A DNA stretch of 64,000 bases from positions 1-64,000 of the forward strand of contig JAPETS010000072.1 of the NCBI GenBank assembly GCA_026023565.1, read 5' to 3'. A program made the position numbers and the translations under genes. Every line of letters starts with the position of its first letter. Position 1 is the first letter of the stretch. The notes beneath the pieces are model-generated. The model made no database searches and had not been told where the DNA came from. It saw only the letters and a list, made by a program, of their open reading frames with translations. This DNA comes from Cirrosporium novae-zelandiae (Eukaryota). This document shows, one piece after another, positions 38,056-50,253 of the stretch.

Positions 38056-38788
38056 TATACATATTGCTGTCCAAAACGAGATATAAATAAGGAGCCGGAA
38101 AGTAAGACGAAAGCGAAGTGGATAACAAACATACTGAAATGTTTATTAGGTTAGAAAACAAGAATTATAAACAAAACTAGGTGCTTTCTATAAACATGGT
38201 GGACAGGAGATCTCGCTTAAGGCATCTAGGCGACGAGCACCTATCGAAAACAGACCACAATGTTTCTGCGTAATCTTGCGGTTAGAAATGAAGAGAAGAA
38301 AAGAGTATGGTCAGAACAGTAAGAGGTCATAGTCTTGTGAGCGCAATGGGCGGGCTGTGTTACGGTGACAAACTAGAACGAATAAAGCTAACCGAATCGC
38401 GTAATTCATAGCTCATGCAACATAAACATAAACATAAACATTATCTGTGCTCCAGTTCAGGAGATAAGGTTAATTATGCAAGCCATACACCTTGGCAAAT
38501 GTAAGAACTCCCAGTCACCCACGAGACCTCCTGGTTTGAAAGTCTTTAACTCCCAAAATACAACTCTACTAAGCACGAATCATCAGTCGCTCTCTCTCAT
38601 CCATGATTCCTATGAATAGATTACCTTTACACTCATTACAAGAACCTCCAGAAGAAAGATATAGATTATCTCAACTTCAAAAGAAACGTTCGTCCCATCA
38701 TTTGACCACCAACACGTCCTTTTGGTACATACAACCGGAACCTTCAAACGGGATTCACTTAACTATAAATTCGATTTTGAAGTAGCAA

Positions 38789-39616
38789 ATGTCCACAACT
38801 CCTACTCCGATTCTTACACCTGCCGCAGACATTGCGGACTCTCCCTCCTCTACTGCTTCTCCCTCCACAACAGCTACTTCAAATGACACTAGCATTTTTC
38901 CTGCGATAAATTGTCCGCATTGCGGATTCCAACTTTCTCATACATGTTCCTCTTCATTTCAAGATGCCACTGAGCGCATATCCGAACTCGAGGCTCAAGT
39001 TAGAATCTTGACAAGCAAGGCATCAGCTGCTGGTACGTGTCAAGTGTTTCAGATCTGTATAACCTAGCGCATTCTAACAATCAATACAGCCGACAAATTA
39101 GCGGATTATGAAGATGAGATTCACCGTCTGCGAGCCTCGCATGCTGCTACATCATCCACTTCTTCGGCACCAGCATCGACCCAGCAAGCTCATCATACCC
39201 AAGGATCCACCCTCTTCACTGCTTCCTCCCGGTTATCTTCCTACTTTCGACGCCCACCACCAACTCCAGATCTATCCACAACTCCTCTTCCTTTAGCCGG
39301 TCTCCCTCCCCAACAGATCGCCTCCCCTGATGAGGACCTTTCAACTCTCCTTTTACAAGAGACAGAAGCTCGTAAAACCGCCGAAACCGCGCTTGCTCAA
39401 GCGAATTCGGAACTGGAAGAATTATCTGCAGCACTGTTTACACAAGCAAATGAGATGGTAGCGCATGAACGGAGAGAAAGGAAAAAGTTGGAGGATCGAA
39501 TAGAAACGTTGGAACAGAGGGAAGGCGAAAGAAAGAAGAGGTTAGACAGGCTAGAAAAGGCGGTGGGTCGGGTTGAGAGAGTCAGAAGCTTGGTCGGATT
39601 TGGCAATGGGACGTGA
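38789..39616 (+). CDS. Sec2 N-terminal (Rab GEF) coiled-coil domain protein, 1 intron
   Basis: CPHC motif, ISELEAQVRILTSKASAA|ADKLADYEDE and ELEELSAALFTQANEMVAHERRER; intron 39033-39089. Confidence 0.8.
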
Positions 39617-40631
39617 ACATGACTATGTGGCTTTGAAACATGAGATTTTCAAATGGGGCTGGTAATGGTTTAGGTAATGGCATAGGGACAGGTTGATTTT
39701 GGCGCTCATGGGATACCAGGAACAGGTTTGCATGCATGCATGGACTGATGGCGAAAAGGTGGAAGGATTTTCATAAGCGTATTTTGATATATTGTTTGTA
39801 CATTATAGGAAAGCGTCGAATGTGAAGCGCGTGGTGTTTTTCTGTGTAACGATATAATTCGCTCAAAGATTGTCCACGGCGGATTTGACAAGCTTCGGGG
39901 AAGTATTAATTACATACCCGTAGGCAGACTACATATTTATCCTTGAAGACATGCTCTGGCCTGCATATTCCAGCATCGATTCCAGCATCTGACATAGACA
40001 AGCCCTAATCTGTGTGATTGATTGTCACCGAGTCACCGCCAGCTACTTACTATTCGCCCCATCTACTCTATAGTACACCACCTACGGCAGATCGGCGATG
40101 TTTTAGATTTTCATGATAAATCCGATTCACGCTCGGGACCAAATCATTCACCCCCACCAAATCAATTCAGGTCGAGCCAGGCAAGCATCACTTTAACTCT
40201 ATTCATACAGTTATTTTCGGTATACGGACCCTGTTATGGAATCATGTCCGCTGATTGCTCCAGTTTCGGGATGAATCAATAATCAACAGAATGGCATGGA
40301 AGACGTTAGGCTGGTGCCAATATGGTGTCAATGTGTGGTACCTTAAAGCACTGTCATTTGGTCCATAGCATCTGATCTAAAAAGGACACAGGATGCATCA
40401 GGCCTTCTTCCGATCATGTCTCTCACGTGGATACTGATGAATTTATTCATTTCTCACATTTGGGACGGTACCGCATTTAGACCTCAGCCCTTACCAAGGA
40501 CCTCGAGAACTTTAAATAACAACATTCGCCCCTATATCATTATCTTGTCACTATCATTGTCATTGTTTTCAGCCTATACTGTATGCCTAACACTATAGGA
40601 AACATTATCCTACTTGCATATTTGAACCATT

Positions 40632-41642
40632 ATGGAGAGGCCCACCACTCCTACGATTACTGAATTCGCCAGCTCAGCACCACCTCTAATCTCCGATTCT
40701 CCTCCATATTCCGTCTCTACAACTCCCACGCCGGAGCCTACGTTGGCCTCTGTTATTAATACTTCTACTCAACATGCCCATACCAAAATTAACCAACGAA
40801 TCACACGGCTTCTCCCTTTATGTCTTCCTCCCTATAGCTCCAAGACTGAAATCTATGCATGGGGAGTCGCACACTTTCTTCCCATCTACGAAACATTCGA
40901 AGAGGCATTGAAGAAATATGCAGTCGCCAGTGGAGTTGTAGGAGTTGGACAGGGTTTGAAAGAGAGCGAGGAGCAAGAAAGGATTAGGGATATTTTACGT
41001 CAGGTCTATATACCACAACTTCTCCGAACCCAGCGGATGAAAGAAGACATGAGATTTCTTAAACTCAGACTCGCCACCCTCACACAGATTCGAAACCAAA
41101 GCCCAACAGTTCAACTATGGCTCCAATCCTTTCAATCCAGACTCGAATCCAACAAGTCTACTCCTTTAATCCTTCTCGCTTATACCTATGTTCTGTATCT
41201 CGCTCTTTTTGCCGGAGGAAGATGGATGCGAAAACAATTTTTTGATGGATTGGACTTGCCAACGGATTCTCCCGCCGAGGACAAATACTTGAGCTTTTGG
41301 TACTTTGATCCTCCTGCGCCGGACGACCTTCACGCGAGCGAAGATACTTTAAAAGATATGTACAAGGTCAATTTTGCGACCGTCTCAACTCTACTGACCG
41401 AAGAGGAAAAAGAAGAAGTGGTGAGGGAGGCGGGAAGAATATTCGATGTTGTCAGTGGAATAGTGGATGAACTCGAGGTGAAAGGTGACGTTATGCGACA
41501 GAAGGAAAAAAGACAGTTCGAAATTTGGGCAGTCGGGGTTACAATTTTGGGATTAGTGGCGGTATATGTGTCGATGACCATTTTACGCGGGATATACAAT
41601 TACATAGACTGGGATCGCTGGGGTTACTACGACCTGGACTAG
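40632..41642 (+). CDS. Heme oxygenase-like protein with C-terminal membrane anchor
   Basis: INTSTQHAHTKIN (proximal His), LLAYTYVLYLALFAGGR distal helix, EA..IF motif and C-terminal TM; intronless 336 aa. Confidence 0.85.
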   Translation: MERPTTPTITEFASSAPPLISDSPPYSVSTTPTPEPTLASVINTSTQHAHTKINQRITRLLPLCLPPYSSKTEIYAWGVAHFLPIYETFEEALKKYAVASGVVGVGQGLKESEEQERIRDILRQVYIPQLLRTQRMKEDMRFLKLRLATLTQIRNQSPTVQLWLQSFQSRLESNKSTPLILLAYTYVLYLALFAGGRWMRKQFFDGLDLPTDSPAEDKYLSFWYFDPPAPDDLHASEDTLKDMYKVNFATVSTLLTEEEKEEVVREAGRIFDVVSGIVDELEVKGDVMRQKEKRQFEIWAVGVTILGLVAVYVSMTILRGIYNYIDWDRWGYYDLD

Positions 41643-41794
41643 GATGGATGCGAGTATGCGCATGATCTGGTCACGGTTGAGCCGATTAGATACCAATATT
41701 ATCTATTTTTATTTGTCTATTCATATGGACAACGAAATGGATCATCATCATTTGTCTATCCGGCAGGTGGACTCAGAAAGACTCGCATATGCGG

Positions 41795-42363
41795 TTATAA
41801 TTTTGATATATTTTTACTATCCACTATCTTTTCATCCCTCAAGCGTTCCAACCCCTCCCGCAACTCCTTTCCCATCCCATGTCCACTCTTATCGACCTTT
41901 CTAGTCAACCTATCGACGAAAACATGCACAAACCCACCTACCACGCATACCTCTTCTTTCTCCTCTTCAAAGAATCCAACTTCATATTCCACGCTATTCT
42001 TTCCGAGCTTAGCAATTCGCAAGCCCAGTGTCACAAGGCCAGGAAAGGAGACGGGAGAAAAGTAGGTACAGTGAGAACGAGGGACGAGGCCGATTTGGTT
42101 GTTTGGCGAGAGGGCCTTTCCTATAGGTGGAGAAGGGACGAGACCACAGTGCATGATGAGATAAGTGTTTACAATAGAATCGATCAGGTGGTAGTATTGC
42201 GCATTGTTCACGTGGGCGTACATATCATTATCGGCCCTAATGTAGCAAAGTTGTCAGCTAAGGCTTGGGAAGATTTGGGAAATGGGAGATACCATCGCAG
42301 CTGGTAATCGAGAAAGTAGTTGTAATCGCAACGTTTACGGCAGCGGAGGTCGTCTTGTATCAT
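41795..42363 (-). CDS. Hotdog-fold acyl-CoA thioesterase (4HBT-like), 1 intron
   Basis: YQLRW|ADNDMYAHVNNAQYY..IDS, SHCTYFSPVSFP and GGFVHVFVDR. Confidence 0.9.
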
Positions 42364-42741
42364 AATGATAAGTACTAACACAAGGACAGGTAAGAATTCG
42401 AATTCCTTGAGAATCGAAGAATGAAGGAGAAGGTCTCCAGCCAAGTCTTTACCGTTTGGATGGCCGAGGTTATCGATACGTCCAATGCCGATCTGCCGGT
42501 ACATTCAGCCCTAACCGTAACCTTAATTCCGACATCCGATTTCCAGACTTTCAGAATTCCAGAAACCCAAACTTTCTGTCAGGCAAACATCTCAATCAGT
42601 CATAGATACGTGAAATCTATAATTTCTTTTTGTATACTTTGATATTTTTATATTTTGATCCTTGTATCCTATTCTCAGCTGGCTCCCTCTCCACGTTTGA
42701 TGGCCTACCTTCTCAGGTGTGGTCAAATTCCTTCCTCCCAA

Positions 42742-44625
42742 ATGTCTCTCGTTCCCTCGGACCGCACATTCTTTCACCCGCCTAGAAATAAACATGCCGA
42801 AGAGCGCGATTCTCTCCCCTCAGCTCCTGATGTTATTACTACCCCCTGCGATCCTTGGCCACGGCCGTACTATTTAAAAGATGGCTTTCGGAGAGTACAA
42901 CCATATCATTATACCTATAATACATATTGCAAACAACGATGGAGAGGAAAAGAGGTATTAGAAATTTTTTCCAAAGAATTCAGGGATAGACCAAAGGAAT
43001 ATTATAAAGAAGCCATCGAAACTGGCATGGTGACATTGAATGGAAAACGTATTCCTTCCATCCATTCCATTGTACAGAATGGCGACGTCATATCGCATAC
43101 CATGCATAGACATGAGCCGCCTGTAACGGGGCAACCGATTGGGATTGTCCACGAAGACAATGATTTTATTGTTATTAATAAGCCCAGCGGGATTCCCGTC
43201 CATCCTGCTGGTCGCTACAATTACAACTCTATTATTGAGATCCTCCGTGCCGAAAGAGGCTTCATGTTTAACCCTCTCCCGTGTCACCGGCTCGACCGTC
43301 TTACATCTGGTATCATGTTTATCGGCAAGCATGGCGCTGCGGCTGAAAGAATGAGTGAAGAAATTAGGGGTAGAGAGGTAAAGAAGGAATATGTAGCAAG
43401 AGTACGAGGAGAGTTTCCGGACGGAGAAGTTGTCTGCGACCAACCAATTCTGAGTATCAGTCCAATTTTAGGGCTAAATAGAGCGAGAGCAAATGGAAAA
43501 GAGGCGAGAACTGTATTTAGAAGATTGGCTTACTATCCCCCGAAGGAGAAACGAGAGAAATTCGATGCAAGCAAGGATGTGGACGCCACTGAAGATGCAG
43601 ATGGAAAAGGACCGCCAGCTCCCGAAACCCCGGATGATACCCTCCCGAATCCCGACACCACCAACATTGATCTCGACAAGACTCCGTGGAAGGCATACTC
43701 GGGCTACTCGATTGTCCACTGTCTTCCACTTACTGGAAGAACGCATCAAATTCGGGTTCATCTCCAATTCCTTGGTCATCCGATATCAAATGATCCCATC
43801 TACAGCAATCAACGTGTCTTTGGTCCGGATCTCGGTGCGTTTGATGATTCCGGTGACCAGGACGAAACAATTATTCAGAGACTAAGCAAGATGGGTAAGA
43901 CGGAGGAGGCGGATGCGATCGCATATCATGAGGAGATGAGGGACGACTATGAGAGACGCAAGGCGGAAAAGTTGAGTGGCGAGGTATGTGAAATATGCGA
44001 TACGGAACTATACAGTGATCCGGGAGTACATGAACTGGGAATTTATCTCCATGCATTGCGGTATGCCAAGGATGATGGGAATTGGAGTTATGAAACGGGG
44101 CTGCCGAAATGGGCGATGCCGCCTCCGGGATGTGACGGTCCGATGACTATTCCAAAAGGGGCGAGGGAGAAGATGGAGAAAAAAGCGCACGAAGTGGAGG
44201 CGGCAGTTTCGGAAACCAAAAGGGCTCATGGTATCATTGATAGCGACGAAGAAACGGAACAGACTCACCAACGAGTAGTATTGGAGCAAGAGAAACGGCG
44301 AACAGAAAAAGAAAAGAAAAAGGCAGAAAAGAAGGCGGCTCGAATCATCAAGAAAAGGGCGAGGAAAGAAACCGAGAGACTTGCTTTTTTTGAAAGGCAG
44401 AAAGCAGGGGAAAAGATGGGGGAGAGGGTAGACCGAACTGTCAATGGAATTGGTGGTAAAATGGAAGGGGGAATCAAACGGGGTAGTGAGAAGCTTATTG
44501 TGGAAGAGGATGCAGACAGAGTATTAGAAAAAAAGCAAAAAGAAAAAAGGATTGATGGGCCGGGATATGTGGATGAAGTTCTACAAGGCATGGGGGAACT
44601 AATGAGGGAAGACATGGGAAAGTGA
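42742..44625 (+). CDS. RluA-family tRNA pseudouridine synthase (Rib2/Pus8/Pus9-like, no deaminase domain seen)
   Basis: S4-like region, INKPSGIPVHP, HRLDRLTSG (catalytic Asp), TGRTHQIRVHL and YLHALRY; an in-frame upstream ATG exists at 42699. Confidence 0.92.
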   Translation: MSLVPSDRTFFHPPRNKHAEERDSLPSAPDVITTPCDPWPRPYYLKDGFRRVQPYHYTYNTYCKQRWRGKEVLEIFSKEFRDRPKEYYKEAIETGMVTLNGKRIPSIHSIVQNGDVISHTMHRHEPPVTGQPIGIVHEDNDFIVINKPSGIPVHPAGRYNYNSIIEILRAERGFMFNPLPCHRLDRLTSGIMFIGKHGAAAERMSEEIRGREVKKEYVARVRGEFPDGEVVCDQPILSISPILGLNRARANGKEARTVFRRLAYYPPKEKREKFDASKDVDATEDADGKGPPAPETPDDTLPNPDTTNIDLDKTPWKAYSGYSIVHCLPLTGRTHQIRVHLQFLGHPISNDPIYSNQRVFGPDLGAFDDSGDQDETIIQRLSKMGKTEEADAIAYHEEMRDDYERRKAEKLSGEVCEICDTELYSDPGVHELGIYLHALRYAKDDGNWSYETGLPKWAMPPPGCDGPMTIPKGAREKMEKKAHEVEAAVSETKRAHGIIDSDEETEQTHQRVVLEQEKRRTEKEKKKAEKKAARIIKKRARKETERLAFFERQKAGEKMGERVDRTVNGIGGKMEGGIKRGSEKLIVEEDADRVLEKKQKEKRIDGPGYVDEVLQGMGELMREDMGK

Positions 44626-44705
44626 GGCTATGTAAGCCACCGGTGACGTCGTGAATGGTTGGAATATCCAGCAAAGTTTAGTATCCATTTCTCCATTTGA
44701 ATGGT

Positions 44706-45315
44706 TTCTAGAGATTCTAGGGATTCTAGGGATTCTAGGGATCCTAGGGATTCCAGAGAGTTTCTAGAGAGTTTTGATGATAGTTTCGATGATTGGGGTA
44801 AAGGTTGAAACGGATGCGGAAGGGTGGGAAGTGAGCCTGGAGATTCAGGGACCAACTCAGTACGGACCTAGGTACCTTGGGGATAGTCTCGTTACTCGGA
44901 AAGTAGAGTTTCCAGCACATGGCGCAGAAGACAGAATAGAAGACCCGAGGAGAAGAAAACAAGGCTGAGTTGAGAAAGTAATTAATTTTCTGAGTAATGC
45001 TGATCCTTTTTTTCTATTAATGTTTTTTGCAGTTCGTGACTAAGTGAACAAGTCGTAAGGTGAATCTCACACCGCCAACGGGGAGTTTCCGGAAGATAAC
45101 CCGAAAGCACCCTAAAGAGCCCTAGAGAGCCCTAGAGAGCCCTAGAGAGCCCTAAAGACCCGATTGCTAGGGTTCGTGCAACACCGAGAGACACCAAGCG
45201 ACATCAAGCGATACCAAGCGATACCAAGTAATACCAAGTAACACCAAGTAACACCAAGCAAGTCCCAACTAACCGAAGCTTTTAGGAGCTACCCAGGAGC
45301 TACCCAGGAGCTACC
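44706..45315. repeat. Cluster of 9-11-bp minisatellites
   Basis: (gattctagg)x~5 at ~44713, (ccctagagag)x5 at 45110, (yaccaagyra)x7 at ~45192, (aggagctaccc)x3 at ~45284. Confidence 0.85.
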
Positions 45316-45874
45316 TCGGTATCCATGTCGTGTCCACGGTACGGTATCCAATGTATCTTGCCAACGTACGCACCTGTCCACCTCCCACTCTCCTCGTCTC
45401 CTATACTTGTGCTGCCTGTAGATAACAATTCTCTCTCACGTTCATCATCACTCTGTCAACATTGGCTAGAGATAATGGATCCAACATGTCATAGCATCAT
45501 TTCCCCTGGTTTTGACACCAGTCCAGTTCAAAATGCCCACCACAAAATTCAACAGCACTCAACACTCTGACCACCACCCTGTTCCTCCACAAGGGAAATT
45601 TGAAATTTGACCAACTCTTCACCCACACACCAACCCAAATCTAGCCATTTTACCTTTTCCATTACTTTTTTTTTTTCCGGTGTCGCCTCCACTTCTTATA
45701 TAAACAATTCCTCTCTCTCTTTTCTATTTTCCTTTCTTCAACTAACGTCCACTTGTCCCATCAGCTGATACAACCAACTTCCAACAGAGCTTTCCGCCCT
45801 TCCGCTCAATTGAGCATACCTCTGGCCTTTGGGCTATTTAATCTACCTTTCGCCAGCAAACAAAAACCAAAACA

Positions 45875-46426
45875 ATGGCACCAAACCTCTACATTCTCCT
45901 CCGGAATATCTTTGTGCCATCCTGCTGGCGTCTTCCTTCCCACTCTCGACGAGGTTCGCGCGACGCGCCCAAAAAGGCTCACATTGTTCATGAGCACTGG
46001 GACTTTCCGGTACCAGGTACCTACGAATACCGTCCTGGTCGGGGCTGGTTTTTGATTCAGCTAGACCTCGATCAGCCAGGTGCCAAGGGCCAACCTTTCG
46101 AAAAGCCACAACAAGTTGTTTATTGCAATGTCCTTGAGCGCTGGATGTTCTTGTCCGACTACAAGGCCCGATGCCATTGGGAGAGGGTCATGATGCCTAA
46201 TGCCCGTAAATATGATGACCCTTGTCATATGAGGTTTCTTCGGCTTGATGATAGCGTGGGTTATCTCATGTGCTGGGATGAAGATGGGAAGCCCCTGGAT
46301 GGGCCATGGATGCTATGGGAAATGGATGAGAAGAAAAAGAAGCTTCGATATGCTGGGACCATAAGCAGCCGATCGCTGGTCGGAAAGCGGTTGAGCTCAG
46401 AGTCCACATTGACTACGGGACGATAA
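45875..46426 (+). CDS. Hypothetical protein, 183 aa, Trp/aromatic-rich
   Basis: Intronless ORF with good start context (aaacaATGG), TATA box at ~45697 and CT-rich leader; motif HEHWDFPVPGTYEYRPGRGWFL. Confidence 0.6.
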   Translation: MAPNLYILLRNIFVPSCWRLPSHSRRGSRDAPKKAHIVHEHWDFPVPGTYEYRPGRGWFLIQLDLDQPGAKGQPFEKPQQVVYCNVLERWMFLSDYKARCHWERVMMPNARKYDDPCHMRFLRLDDSVGYLMCWDEDGKPLDGPWMLWEMDEKKKKLRYAGTISSRSLVGKRLSSESTLTTGR

Positions 46427-48917
46427 ACCCTTGTCGGTCTTTGACGACGTCTATTCCTAACCGGGATGTATATTCCTACCTGGGAGGCAAAAAAGTCAAG
46501 GGTTCTGGTGTTTGGATTAGATGGATGGTGGATGACTACTAAAAGCATGATGGACTTGTTTGGATTGTTTTGGAACCAATATCGCTGGAGATATTTTGGG
46601 GACTTGGGATTGGGAATCAACATCTCGCTGTCGTGACATAATACAAGCGACATGGATATGAACGAAAAGTCTAAAAGTTGGAGGTACCTGCTTGGAGTTT
46701 TGGACCACATTAGACGGGATGAATAGCCCCTGGATATGGGTAGCCCTGGATACGGGCAAGGCGGGTCGGCCTGACTGAAATACTTTTGATACCATTACAA
46801 AGCAATTTCTTTTCTTTTCTTTTTCTTTTTGCTTTTTGTTCTATCGAACAAACCCAACTTAGCCACGGCACACATACATGTTTGATTATGAATTAATGGA
46901 ATTGAATCGACCCCCCCCCCTTTTTGTTTTCATATAATTAATTTAGTAAGTAAATAATAAATTCGATGGTCGCGTCCATCTATCTATATATCGATCCTTT
47001 TTCGAGGAAAGGAAAGTGAATATGTCATACATACATATATAATATATACCCTCGAGGTACTTACTCACGGTGTGATGTAATGGTGTAGTTGTAATGTAGT
47101 TGTACCATACTAAATACCTCTCTCTCCCTCCATCCATTCCCTCTAGATACCTATTAATCCCAACTCTCAAAAAAAGTTTTTTTTTTATCTCCCTCCTTCC
47201 CTACCTATATATACCTACTTGTATACAGAATCCACTCATCCCACCCAACCAACTCAAGAGAGAAGAAAAAAAAAAAACATAAAAACATAAAAACATAAAA
47301 ACATAAACCCGCTAATTCAATTCAATTCAACTAAACTAAACAAAACTAAACTAAACTAAATTATACATTTATTACAGTCGGTACCTTATCTTATCTTATC
47401 CCTACTCTTACTTTTTGTCCTTTTGTCCAGGGACCTAATCAATATCTTGTTTTATTTTATCTATATATATTCTTTATTCCCAATCTATCTATCTAGGTTT
47501 TTCTTTTCTTTTTCTTTTTTTTTTTCCCTTTTTGGATTGGGATAGAGATAAGGAAGGGTTTATTATTATGATAATAATAATGATATTAGTATAAATATAA
47601 GTTTGGTAGGTTGATTAGGTCGGTTAGGTAGGTCGGTTCTTATAGTAAGTAGAGTAAGAGAGTTTTTATTTAAAAAAGAAAAAAAAAAGAAAAAAAGAAG
47701 CAGTTTCTGTTAACCAAGTACTTTGTATAGTAAAGTGTTAAGTAAGTTACCTCGACAGTTTTGAACTCCAGCCGGTTGTCACCTAGATGGACTATTTTTT
47801 ACTTATTCACCCCTCAAACCACCCAGAAAATCGGGAATTTTATATATATATTTGAGTAAAATGAATAAATAAATTGAGGTTAGTTTAAAGATTCAAGGGA
47901 AAAGAGGGGAGGTGGGGGGGGGGTTGGGATTAATTGAAAGGGGGTTTTTTTTGTATTTTAGAGAGGAGTATATACATGTACGAGTGAGTATAAGTAACTG
48001 GTTGATTAATTGATTGACTGAGGCTTTATATATATATATATATACATATACATACTACCAAATCTTCTAAACTGCCTCATTCTCACCTCACTTGTATTTA
48101 CTTTATAAAGCTTATAATTTGAATTACTGGCTAAGCTAAGCTAGCCAAGCCGGCTAAGCCAGCGTTGTTTGTTTGTTTGTTTGTCTGTCTGTTTGTCTGT
48201 CTGTTTGTCTGTCTGTTTGTCTGTCTGTTTGTCCATCTATCTGTTCTGTTTGAAAGGCGAGGTGAGGGGGTTATTGGCGTGTGGTGTAGTGTGGTGTGTA
48301 ATATATGGTTATGGTTATGGTATAATGGAAAGTATAATCTTTGATTCGTTTTCGAGAAAAGAAGAAGTAGAAGAAAAAGATGATTACTAAGGTTTAGTTT
48401 AGCTTTTTTTACCGTATAACGATTTCATTTATTTATTTATGAATAAATAAATAAATTCTACGTCTACAATTTATCTAACTTGTTTTTATTTATTTTCTTA
48501 AGATGAGGGAGTGTTTTTTCAGTTGGGGGGGGAGGCAATGATGTTGATGGATAGATTAGATAGATAGGACAGGTAGGTAGAGAGATGATGGATAAAATGA
48601 GATGGGATGAGATGGGATAGTAGAGATGGTGTGGGTGGTGGGGTATACGTTTATTATGGAAGGAAGGAAGCTGTGTGTTTACGGACCATGGCTGTTGAAG
48701 ATGGAGTGGGGATAATAATAATGCTTAGGGTGTTTGTTGAAAGGGAAGAGAATGGGGAAGAAGGTTACATGATAAGAAAAAGGAAATTGTTGTGGTCGTT
48801 GTTTTATAGGACTGAGGAGAGGAGAGAATGGACTGGTCGAGACGTTATCCAGACAGACAGTTTAATAGTAGTCTTAGAATTCGTACAACTCTTGATCTCC
48901 TTTGTCGTTCCCTCTGC

Positions 48918-49769
48918 TCAATCTATCTTGATGATGGGATTTAAAGGCACCCCTCCCCTCCTAAACTCTTCAACTCCATTAACTCGTCCATACACCCACT
49001 TCAAACCCATGGTAGCGCCCGTCATCAGGGCAGCTGAAATGATACAAAGAAATAGCTTTTGCCAGGTGGAAAGCAGCCCAAGGAGCGGGTAAGGGTACCT
49101 TGCAAAGGAGTAGTTGTCAATTAACCATTGGTGGGACTGATCAAACCGAAACAACAATATTGAGCTTGTCAAGGATGTGTGTGTGTGATGTCCTTACCAT
49201 CCGTTGAGCGAGAAACAATACTCAACCCAAGCCCAGTACAACAAGGCCAAAACCGAATCAAGCGTTATAGTACTATAAGCCTTGATTGATGACCACGGAG
49301 GACTCCTCCTCGAAAGCATCAAGTCCAGCGTCAACATAACAGCCGGCACAGCATGAAATCCCAAGTCCGGAATGAACGGAAGCTCGTGCCCAGGAGGCAT
49401 GACAAACCTTTTATCAACGGTCCTCACGCTCCAGTACAAAATACTAACCAGAACCTCCAGCGGTGTTGCTGCGTATACCGAGAGCATGCTCTTCAAGGCA
49501 AAGAGCTGCTGTTTGCTGAGAGGAGAAAGGTCTGCAAGGAGACCGACTCCGAATGTGATTGTGGATATCGTCAGCGCGATGAAGGTTAGGAACTGGTACG
49601 ACCCGCCGAAGCCATTGTGAAGAGGGTTCGTGATGTTGGGGAGCCAGGAAAATGAGGCTGCGAAGAATAGAAGACCGGTTACGTGGATAATGATGATGAG
49701 GGCGGAGACGCTTCGAGGCGAGGAGGAGGAGGAGGAGGAGGCAAGCCGAGGAGAAACCTGTGTTGGCAT
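48918..49769 (-). CDS. FAR-17a/AIG1-like integral membrane protein, 1 intron
   Basis: GGSYQFLT (conserved Thr), PLEVLVSILYW, DLGFHAVP (conserved His) and NGW|YPYPLL; intron 49099-49197. Confidence 0.88.
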
Positions 49770-50253
49770 CGAGAGATGTCAAATAATTATATACAAGTGG
49801 GATTAAAAGGAACAAATACAAATACCGGAAGGAAATAATATTCAAGAGGAAGAGTTGAATCTAATCGGAAACAAAAAAGATTAAGAAAGTTAGTTAAGAT
49901 AGCAAGCAGCTACAGTAGGAAGGACATGGGATGTTGATGAGGGGTAATTATCTGATTAATCAATCACGGCTCCGTAGGGTAGATTCTTATCTCCGAGTCC
50001 AGCCCCTAGATGAGGGCTTAGCAGATATATCTATGTTCCGTTTATCTATCTATTTATATATATATACCTATACATGTACGTACGGATGTCCAAATCACTC
50101 ATCCTAAACGAAAACTATATTACGTATCTTGCCTTTGCCTTTGAATATAAGGGTGCTCTATTATTGACTTTACAACCATTGTATCTTTAAAGAAAAATCT
50201 CATGGGAACATTATTTTCGATGGTATAATTATGCAAAGTGTTCATTTGACGTT

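Noticed and set aside
31800..38100. Intact Starship element
   Set aside because: No DUF3435 tyrosine recombinase or definable termini in the window; only decayed cargo-like genes
45110..45315. Repeat arrays as a possible CRISPR
   Set aside because: Eukaryotic context, 10-bp units, no spacers and no cas genes
46800..48900. Small ORFs in microsatellite-rich spacers (also 51.5-54 kb and 56.6-60.3 kb)
   Set aside because: Low-complexity translations of simple repeats with no coding signal
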